From Candidatus Nomurabacteria bacterium (GTDB lineage: Bacteria > Patescibacteriota > WWE3 > UBA101185 > UBA10185): a stretch of DNA of 64,000 nucleotides. Below, one piece after another: positions 57,520 through 64,000 of the stretch (position 1 is its first letter; each line of letters starts with the position of its first letter). The stretch lies in NCBI GenBank assembly GCA_020631855.1, contig JACKGU010000001.1:231601-295600 (forward strand), in the 5' to 3' direction. Both the position numbers and the translations under genes were made by a program. A model generated the notes under the pieces. The model was not told where the DNA came from and did not search any database. It worked only from the letters and a program-made list of their open reading frames with translations.

Positions 57520-58776
57520 CTACCTTAAATACCCTTCATAACTTCTTGTAGCTTTCATTGAATCAATTTGGCGTACCGTTTCGAGAATAACAGAAACTAC
57601 AATCAATAAACCGGTACCGCCAATAGTTAAGTTTGATACGCCAAACAGTCTCTGAAGCAGATACGGCAAGATAGCTATTAAACCAAGAAAAACTGATCCT
57701 ACTAAGGTTAACCTTACAACAATCATGGTTAAATGGTCTTTGGTCGATTTGCCAGGTCTAATTCCAGGTATAAAGCCGCCTCTCTTTTTTATATCATCTG
57801 CAACCTTTTCAGGGTTAAATTGCAAAAATGTATAGAAAAAAGTAAAAGCAACAACTAACAGAAAGTAAAGTGCATTATATAAAAAGGATGTTGACGTAAA
57901 GTTATTAAATAAAAAAACTCCTAAAGAAACCAGCCTGTCGTTTCCGGAAGACATAAGAGGACTGCTCAAAAAAGAGGGGATTAAAACAATTGAAACTGCA
58001 AAAATAATAGGTATAACTCCGGCCTGGTTAATTTTTATCGGCAAGTAATTGGTAACTTTCTGGGATTTAGAGCCCCTGCGGCCATATTCCAGAGCTACAT
58101 TTCTTGTACCTTCGTTGACCAAAACGACACCGATAATTACAAGTAAGGACAGGAGTACGAAAGCTAATATTGTAGGAAGGTCGTAAGTAGAACGCTGTAT
58201 GTATGCCTGCAGCAATGATGCCGGCAACCTACTAATAATACCTACAAAAATTAGTAAAGAGACACCGTTTCCTACACCATACTCAGTAACTAAATCTCCT
58301 AACCATACTAAGAAAAGTACCCCCGCTGTAAGTGTGAATACTAAAACAGAGAGATCCAACACACCAAGGCTTTGAATCAATCCTTGTTTTTGGAACAAAA
58401 AATAAATTCCATATGCTTGAAGTATCGATATAGGTAGCGTTAGCCAGCGCGTATACTGATCAATCTTATCTCTGCCATATTGGCCCTCCTTCGAGAGCTC
58501 TTCGAGGCTCGGAATCATCAAGGTGAGAAGCTGGAGTATGATAGAAGCATTGATATAAGGACCTAAAGCTAAAGTTACTATAGAAAAGTTTTGAAAACCC
58601 CCACCCGTAAATAAATCAAAAAATCCAAAAATGGTGCTACCTGCAACATAGTTTCTTATTGCTGTCGCGTCTACGCCTGGAACCGGGACATGAGTTAGTA
58701 AACGAAAAACTAAAACTACAAAAAGTGTAAAAAGTATTTTTCTTCTTACTTCGACGTTTTTTAAAATTGTGAACAT
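57520..58776 (-). CDS. secY: Preprotein translocase SecY
   Basis: 10 TM segments and SecY signature regions. Confidence 0.9.
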   Translation of the reverse strand: MFTILKNVEVRRKILFTLFVVLVFRLLTHVPVPGVDATAIRNYVAGSTIFGFFDLFTGGGFQNFSIVTLALGPYINASIILQLLTLMIPSLEELSKEGQYGRDKIDQYTRWLTLPISILQAYGIYFLFQKQGLIQSLGVLDLSVLVFTLTAGVLFLVWLGDLVTEYGVGNGVSLLIFVGIISRLPASLLQAYIQRSTYDLPTILAFVLLSLLVIIGVVLVNEGTRNVALEYGRRGSKSQKVTNYLPIKINQAGVIPIIFAVSIVLIPSFLSSPLMSSGNDRLVSLGVFLFNNFTSTSFLYNALYFLLVVAFTFFYTFLQFNPEKVADDIKKRGGFIPGIRPGKSTKDHLTMIVVRLTLVGSVFLGLIAILPYLLQRLFGVSNLTIGGTGLLIVVSVILETVRQIDSMKATRSYEGYLR

Positions 58777-58780
58777 GAAT

Positions 58781-59224
58781 TTATTTTATAGTACAGCCTG
58801 CTTTTGTTAAAGCAGTATTAGCTGATTCCGAAAGTAAAAACCCATAAACTGTCACTTTAACTTCTATCTTTCCTGTGTTAAGAAGTTTGACACCGTGCTT
58901 TGGGAGTTTCTTTAAAATGCCTGCTTTAACAAAATCGGTTGGGGTCACTACAGAACCATCTTTAAACTTATTTAGCCTGCTTACTGAAATCCCTACAATA
59001 GATTTTGCTGTAGGGTTTCTAAATCCACCTATTTCCGGCATCTTTTTATATAAAGGTACCTGACCGCCTTCAAATCCAAAAGGAATGCTGTTTCCCGACC
59101 TGGCTTTCTGGCCTTTCTGGCCAAAACCTACAACATGCCCGCCTACTCCAGATCCGTATCCTCTCCCGAGTCTTTTAGCTTTTCTTTTCGTGCCTTTTAA
59201 TTTTGTTAAGTTATGTAACTCCAT
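58781..59224 (-). CDS. rplO: 50S ribosomal protein L15
   Basis: KRLGRGYGSGVGGH. Confidence 0.9.
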   Translation of the reverse strand: MELHNLTKLKGTKRKAKRLGRGYGSGVGGHVVGFGQKGQKARSGNSIPFGFEGGQVPLYKKMPEIGGFRNPTAKSIVGISVSRLNKFKDGSVVTPTDFVKAGILKKLPKHGVKLLNTGKIEVKVTVYGFLLSESANTALTKAGCTIK

Positions 59225-59670
59225 TATCTTCCTTTTATAGTTTCGAGCGCCTTAATGGTGCAAAATACATTAGTAATTTTATTTCTTGATCCTAAAAGCT
59301 TTGCCGAAACGTCCTTGATACCCGCTAACTCCATAACGTGTCTAACAGCTCCGCCGGCAATGATTCCAGAACCTTCAGGAGCAGGCATCATTTTTACTAT
59401 AGAGGCCTTGTATTTCATAACAACCGAATGTGCAATTGTATTGTTATTAATATTTATCTCTACAACATCTTTTCTCGCCTGCTTTGATGCTTTTCTTATA
59501 GCTGAAGAAATATCGGGCGCCTTCCCTAAAGCCGCCCCAACTGTGCCGCTTTTATTCCCGACAACAACCAGTGCGGTAAAACCCGGTTTATTTCCACCTT
59601 TATTCTTTTTTGAAACTCTCTTAGTTTCAACTATTCGTTCTTCGAACTGTGATGCATCATACTGTGGCAT
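59224..59670 (-). CDS. rpsE: 30S ribosomal protein S5
   Basis: S5 dsRBD and C-terminal domain. It directly abuts rplO, with no L30 gene between them. Confidence 0.9.
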   Translation of the reverse strand: MPQYDASQFEERIVETKRVSKKNKGGNKPGFTALVVVGNKSGTVGAALGKAPDISSAIRKASKQARKDVVEININNNTIAHSVVMKYKASIVKMMPAPEGSGIIAGGAVRHVMELAGIKDVSAKLLGSRNKITNVFCTIKALETIKGR

Positions 59671-59671
59671 A

Positions 59672-60031
59672 TTAAAATTCCAATCCTCCCTTTCGGGCTC
59701 CTTCTGCTAAAGAGGCTACTCTACCGTGGTATCTATAGCCGTTTCGATCAAATACTACTTTTGTGATCTTTTTTTCTAGTGCTACTTTAGCAAACTTTTC
59801 GCCTAAATCAAAGGCTGCAGCCACTTTATTTTTACCAACATGTGTTTCTTTTACCAAATTAAAAGCGGTTGCCAATGTTTTGCCTGTAGTGTCGTCTATT
59901 GCCTGGCAGTAAGTATATTTATTTGATCTATATACAGAGAGTCTTGGCTTTTCAGCTGTACCAACAATATTTTTCCTTGCTCTTAGTTTTCTTTTTATTT
60001 TGCTATTAGCAATATCAGATGTTCTTTGCAT
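59672..60031 (-). CDS. rplR: 50S ribosomal protein L18
   Basis: L18 sequence, 119 aa. Confidence 0.9.
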   Translation of the reverse strand: MQRTSDIANSKIKRKLRARKNIVGTAEKPRLSVYRSNKYTYCQAIDDTTGKTLATAFNLVKETHVGKNKVAAAFDLGEKFAKVALEKKITKVVFDRNGYRYHGRVASLAEGARKGGLEF

Positions 60032-60573
60032 TATTTTTTACCTGCCTTTCCGGCTTTTCTTCTAACTACCTCGCCTTTGTATTTTATACCCTTACCTTTG
60101 TAAGGCTCCGGTTTTCTAATTTTTCTAATCTTTGCTGCAGTTAGGCCAACTAATTGCTTATCGATTCCGTGAATTGTTATATTCTGATTACCATCTACTG
60201 CAAAGGTTATGCCTTCCGGAGCTTCAACCTCTACCGGATGCGAATAGCCTACCGAGAGAGATATTTTTTGAGGATTCTCGGACTTAACTCTATATCCTAC
60301 ACCAACTAGCTCGAGGTCTTTGGTGTAACCTTCTGTAACTCCTTGAACCATATTAGCAATTAGAGCCCTCGTTAAACCCCAAAATGCGGGAGTATTTTTT
60401 GTTTCCTTTAGTACTACGGTGGTTAAGTTATCTCCACTAATCTGTACTCCAATTTCGGGTCTTATTTCATGTGACAAATTACCTTTAGGACCTGACACAG
60501 AAACTACACCTTTTTCATAAGTGACTTTTACAGAAGCAGGTATAGTTATTTCTTTTTTACCAATTCTAGACAT
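60031..60573 (-). CDS. rplF: 50S ribosomal protein L6
   Basis: MSRIGKKEITIPASVKV. Confidence 0.9.
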   Translation of the reverse strand: MSRIGKKEITIPASVKVTYEKGVVSVSGPKGNLSHEIRPEIGVQISGDNLTTVVLKETKNTPAFWGLTRALIANMVQGVTEGYTKDLELVGVGYRVKSENPQKISLSVGYSHPVEVEAPEGITFAVDGNQNITIHGIDKQLVGLTAAKIRKIRKPEPYKGKGIKYKGEVVRRKAGKAGKK

Positions 60574-60970
60574 TGCTTACCTCACAAATTACCTCACCGC
60601 CCAATTTTTTCTTTTTTGCATCTACTGAGGTCATTACGCCTCTGGAAGTAGATACAATAACAGTTTTTTGATTTCCATATATAGGCTCTAAACCTGCGTG
60701 TCCCAAATAAACCCTTCTCCCAGGTTTTGAGACTCTTTTTGCATTTTTAAGAACCGGCATCCCATCTTTGTATGCAAGAGCAAGGTGTAATCTTTTAAAA
60801 GAAGAGTCTTTTTCTTTAAAAGTTTTTACCTCTTCAAGAAAGTGCCTCTCTTTAAGTACTTTCGCTACTGCTTCGCACTCTTTAGAATGAACAGTTTCAA
60901 TAAACTTATTCTTTGCCATGGAGGCATTCTTTAAAGAACTTAGCATGTTTGATAATAAATCTTGTGACAT
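60566..60970 (-). CDS. rpsH: 30S ribosomal protein S8
   Basis: S8 sequence, 134 aa. Confidence 0.9.
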   Translation of the reverse strand: MSQDLLSNMLSSLKNASMAKNKFIETVHSKECEAVAKVLKERHFLEEVKTFKEKDSSFKRLHLALAYKDGMPVLKNAKRVSKPGRRVYLGHAGLEPIYGNQKTVIVSTSRGVMTSVDAKKKKLGGEVICEVSNV

Positions 60971-60973
60971 GTT

Positions 60974-61159
60974 TTACCAGCTAGCCTTTCTTACACCCGG
61001 AATTTCACCTTTGTGTGCTAATTCTCTAAAACATTTTCTACAAATGCTGAATCGTCTCATAAAACCTCTTGGATTTCCACATAATTCACAGCGGTTGTAT
61101 TCTCTTGTTGAGAATTTCGCCGGTCTTTTCTGTTTTGCTATTAATGCTTTTTTTGCCAT
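60974..61159 (-). CDS. rpsZ: 30S ribosomal protein S14 type Z (zinc-binding)
   Basis: [25 protein letters not shown]. Confidence 0.9.
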   Translation of the reverse strand: MAKKALIAKQKRPAKFSTREYNRCELCGNPRGFMRRFSICRKCFRELAHKGEIPGVRKASW

Positions 61160-61160
61160 A

Positions 61161-61703
61161 TTACGCTTCTTTCTTAAAAGGCATCCCTAATTTTTTTAAC
61201 AATGCCGTACTTTTTTGCTTGTTTCCATTCTTTATACAGAATGTGACCTGTATACTCCTAATTCCTTTTACCTTGTTAGGGTTAACTTCAGGGAACACTG
61301 TGTGTTCTTTTATTCCCACAGAGTAATTTCCGCTTCCGTCAAATGAGGCCAAGCTTAGCCCATTAAAATCTCTAACACGGGGCATGACGATATTAACAAA
61401 TTTTTCAAAAAAAGCCCACATTCTCGCATCTCGAAGTGTCACGCTGTAACCCACAACATCTCCCTGTCTTATCTTGAACCCTGCCTCTGACTTCTTAGCG
61501 GAGGAGGCTATCGGCTTCTGTCCTGCAATAGCAGACAATTCTTCGACAAAGGAATCAACAGCTTCTTTGCTCTCTCTAAAAGGCCCGATTCCAGCATTTA
61601 TAACAATCTTCGAAAGTTTTGGTGCCTGCATTAAATTAGTAAGACCTAAATCCTTAACCAACTCATTTGCTATTTTATCTTTATATATATCTCTTAAACT
61701 CAT
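61161..61703 (-). CDS. rplE: 50S ribosomal protein L5
   Basis: L5 sequence, 180 aa. Confidence 0.9.
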   Translation of the reverse strand: MSLRDIYKDKIANELVKDLGLTNLMQAPKLSKIVINAGIGPFRESKEAVDSFVEELSAIAGQKPIASSAKKSEAGFKIRQGDVVGYSVTLRDARMWAFFEKFVNIVMPRVRDFNGLSLASFDGSGNYSVGIKEHTVFPEVNPNKVKGIRSIQVTFCIKNGNKQKSTALLKKLGMPFKKEA

Positions 61704-61704
61704 T

Positions 61705-62010
61705 TTAAATCTTATCTCCTGAGGCCTTTGAGGCTCTTATATATTTTTTTCCGTCGGCCTGCATTTTTATTTTTGTAGGCCTGTTTGCTTTATCATCAAA
61801 ATACATTACATTCGAAACGTGAATCGCCTTTTCAATCGACACAATTCCGCCTTCTTTAACTTGAGGGCCTGGCTTGAGATGCTTTGTGACCAGATTTATT
61901 CCCTCTACTACCACCTTGTCCTCATTTCTAAAGGTTTTTAAAACTTTGCCTTTTTTACCCTTGTCCTTACCGGTAATTATTTGAACTGTATCGCCTACTC
62001 TGATCTTCAC
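61705..62010 (-). CDS. rplX: 50S ribosomal protein L24
   Basis: MKIRVGDTVQIITGKDKGKKGKV. Confidence 0.9.
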   Translation of the reverse strand: MKIRVGDTVQIITGKDKGKKGKVLKTFRNEDKVVVEGINLVTKHLKPGPQVKEGGIVSIEKAIHVSNVMYFDDKANRPTKIKMQADGKKYIRASKASGDKI

Positions 62011-62375
62011 CAGACCTCCTTTGCCAATGAGGCAACTTTTAAGTACCCTCTGTCTCTAATTTCTCTTGCAACGGGGCCAAAAACTCTAGTACCGGCCATG
62101 TTCTTATCTTTGTTTATAACTACACCTGCATTATCGCTAAATCTAATGTAGGTTCCGTCACTTCTTCTGTACTCTTTTCGGGTTCTCACTATTATGGCTT
62201 TAACTACTGAGTGATCTTTCACCACGCCTTTAGAGGATGCGCCGTTCACTACGACTGTAATAATATCTCCGACCTTAGCAACCTTCTGCTTAGAGTTTCC
62301 CGGTATACCTATAACTTTCAAGCTTTTTGCTCCGCAGTTATCGGCTGAATTAATTACAGATCCTATGTGAATCAT
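62007..62375 (-). CDS. rplN: 50S ribosomal protein L14
   Basis: MIHIGSVINSADNCGAK. Confidence 0.9.
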   Translation of the reverse strand: MIHIGSVINSADNCGAKSLKVIGIPGNSKQKVAKVGDIITVVVNGASSKGVVKDHSVVKAIIVRTRKEYRRSDGTYIRFSDNAGVVINKDKNMAGTRVFGPVAREIRDRGYLKVASLAKEVW

Positions 62376-62605
62376 TCTAATACCTCCGTAACTTCCCAGG
62401 AAACATTCTTGCTGTAAGGCCTAGATTCAACAATTTTCACGTTATCTCCAACCTTCGCATTAACAATATTTCTTGCACTGTATTTCATAGTATTTTTAAG
62501 CATTTTTCCATAAAACGGGTGTCTTTTTGGCGACTCCACAGCAACCACAACTGTTTTCTGCATTTTATCGGCTATGACTTTTCCTACAAATATTTTTTTT
62601 GGCAT
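62372..62605 (-). CDS. rpsQ: 30S ribosomal protein S17
   Basis: S17 OB-fold sequence, 77 aa. Confidence 0.9.
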   Translation of the reverse strand: MPKKIFVGKVIADKMQKTVVVAVESPKRHPFYGKMLKNTMKYSARNIVNAKVGDNVKIVESRPYSKNVSWEVTEVLE

Positions 62606-62606
62606 A

Positions 62607-62807
62607 TCAATTTTTCTCCTCTAGCGCATTTACTGCGGTCTGAATTCTTGCAATATTCTTTCTGAGTTGCCTAAGCTTTGTAACATTTTTTTCCTTATTT
62701 TTCAAAAGATTCGCTACAAAATCTTCTTTATCTTTTTTTGCAACTTTTAACATTTCAAGCAGCTGCTCTCTGTTTTTATTTTTCAAATCTAGTTTAGTGT
62801 TAGTCAT
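62607..62807 (-). CDS. rpmC: 50S ribosomal protein L29
   Basis: 66-aa helical protein in the canonical position. Confidence 0.85.
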   Translation of the reverse strand: MTNTKLDLKNKNREQLLEMLKVAKKDKEDFVANLLKNKEKNVTKLRQLRKNIARIQTAVNALEEKN

Positions 62808-62814
62808 AATACTC

Positions 62815-63222
62815 CTACTCAGCAGACACGAACCTGGTTTTTACCGGTAACTTATCTGCGGCTCTCTTGAATGCTGCTTTGGCTACTTCTTCTGTGACCC
62901 CTGCTATTTCAAAAAGTATTTTTCCGGGTTTCACAACTGCAGCGTAATGTGACGCAGGGGACTTACCTCCGCCCATTCTTGTTTCGTTAGGCTTCTTTGT
63001 GATCGGCTTGTCAGGGAAAACCCTGATCCATACTTTACCTGTTCTCTTTGTCTTGTGCGCAATAGCTTTTCTGGCCGCCTCTATCTGCCTTGAAGTTATT
63101 AAACATCTATCATCGGCTTTTAAAGCATACTCACCAAAGGATATAGTACTACCTCTAACGGCGAGGCCTTTGTTGTTTCCACGCATACTTCTTCTAAATT
63201 TTACTTTTTTAGGCATCAACAT
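62815..63222 (-). CDS. rplP: 50S ribosomal protein L16
   Basis: [19 protein letters not shown]. Confidence 0.9.
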   Translation of the reverse strand: MLMPKKVKFRRSMRGNNKGLAVRGSTISFGEYALKADDRCLITSRQIEAARKAIAHKTKRTGKVWIRVFPDKPITKKPNETRMGGGKSPASHYAAVVKPGKILFEIAGVTEEVAKAAFKRAADKLPVKTRFVSAE

Positions 63223-63224
63223 GT

Positions 63225-63857
63225 TTAAGCCTCCACCTCACCATTATAAATCCATACTTTAATACCTATGGTTCCGTATATCAAATGGCAAGTAACCTGT
63301 GCATAATCAATATCAGCTCTTAAAGTCTGCCTTGGAACCGGGCCTCGTGAAAATACATCAGATCTGGCTATAGAGTTACCTCCGCTTAATAAGCCGGATA
63401 TTTTGATCTTAACGCCCTTTGCCCCCTTATCCATAGCGGACGTTGTGGCCGCCATACATACTCTCCTGTAGGACATTCTGCGTTTTAACTGACGAGATAT
63501 ATAGTCTGCAACTAATCTTGCGTTTGCCTCAGCGTTTTTTACCTCTTCAACAGTTAATTTAACTTTTGCGTTAGTTAACTTTTTTATCTCTTTCTGAAGT
63601 TCTTCTACTCCGGAACCTCCTCTACCTATAACTAATCCCGGTTTAGAGACTCTTATAATAAGACTTACCTCGTTGTGCGACCTTTCGATTTCTACGCTTT
63701 CCAATCCTGCATTACCAAGTTTTTTGTCTAAAAAGTCACGAATAACCTTATCTTCTACCACTAGTTTTCCGAAACCTTTTTTATCGGTAGTCCAGCGAGA
63801 TTTCCAATCTTTTGTTATTCCTAATCTAAATCCGTAAGGATGAATCTTTTGTGCCAT
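63225..63857 (-). CDS. rpsC: 30S ribosomal protein S3
   Basis: [24 protein letters not shown] domain. Confidence 0.9.
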   Translation of the reverse strand: MAQKIHPYGFRLGITKDWKSRWTTDKKGFGKLVVEDKVIRDFLDKKLGNAGLESVEIERSHNEVSLIIRVSKPGLVIGRGGSGVEELQKEIKKLTNAKVKLTVEEVKNAEANARLVADYISRQLKRRMSYRRVCMAATTSAMDKGAKGVKIKISGLLSGGNSIARSDVFSRGPVPRQTLRADIDYAQVTCHLIYGTIGIKVWIYNGEVEA

Positions 63858-63858
63858 A

Positions 63859-64000
63859 TTATTCAGACTTCCTTTCGTCTAAGCCTACTACTATGTGGCA
63901 AGATCTCTTAAATATAGGGCTAAACCTTCCCCTTGCCTGAGGTCTTCCGGTTTTTCTCATTGGACCTTCGTTTACATATGATTCTGAAACAACCAAAGAC
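63859..64000 (-). CDS. rplV: 50S ribosomal protein L22 (C-terminal part; gene continues beyond window end)
   Basis: Manual translation gives ...VNEGPMRKTGRPQARGRFSPIFKRSCHIVVGLDERKSE followed by a stop 1 nt before the rpsC start. Confidence 0.8.
   Translation of the reverse strand, partial: SLVVSESYVNEGPMRKTGRPQARGRFSPIFKRSCHIVVGLDERKSE

Overview
This 64-kb window comes from a small, AT-rich bacterial genome. Housekeeping genes run about 33–38% GC by eye, and almost everything is protein-coding. Several features point to a Patescibacteria/CPR-like monoderm lineage, by inference only. Ribosomal protein L30 is absent between rpsE and rplO. The type IV pilus locus has no secretin. The ACP homolog lacks its active-site serine. 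A secreted protein carries a SipW-type signal peptide. PheT lacks its OB-fold domain.

Gene content, left to right:
- gyrA (partial), divergent from a RelA/SpoT-homolog (RSH) gene.
- ppaC, gyrB, holB.
- A type IV pilus locus of about 19 kb: pilB, pilT, pilC, a major pilin, pilD, a membrane protein, a 1261-aa Cys-rich secreted protein, two PilX-like proteins, seven further pilin/pseudopilin genes, pilM, pilN, pilO.
- A minus-strand run: trmD, a KH-domain protein, rpsP, rnc, an ACP-like gene, nusB, rpmF, a hypothetical gene, rsmD, recG.
- tyrS, a class A PBP, pheT-pheS.
- infC-rpmI-rplT, a TasA-like secreted protein, radC with a divergent XRE regulator, rpsI-rplM.
- The ribosomal block from rplQ back to rplV (partial): rplQ-rpoA-rpsD-rpsK-rpsM-rpmJ-infA-map-adk-[ybaB-like]-secY-rplO-rpsE-rplR-rplF-rpsH-rpsZ-rplE-rplX-rplN-rpsQ-rpmC-rplP-rpsC-rplV.

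Two small ribosomal protein genes missing from the ORF track, rpmF and rpmJ, were found by hand translation. No rRNA, tRNA, CRISPR array, transposase or integrase was recognised.

The most unusual signals:
1. An interspersed ~119-bp double-hairpin repeat family with compensatory stem substitutions. It sits just 5' of gyrA, gyrB (tandem copy), trmD and recG, with a partial copy after pilO.
2. Four GC-rich islets (about 45–52% GC) of lineage-specific genes wedged into otherwise conserved housekeeping synteny. One holds a tandem pair of PP2C-like proteins, one apparently catalytic and one degenerate.
3. A secretin-less pilus locus containing a giant Cys-rich protein whose stop overlaps the start of a PilX-like gene.
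4. An ~81-bp poly-G/poly-C tract that may be an assembly artefact or a hypervariable homopolymer.
5. Perfect GC-rich hairpins without U-tracts after pilA and pilD.
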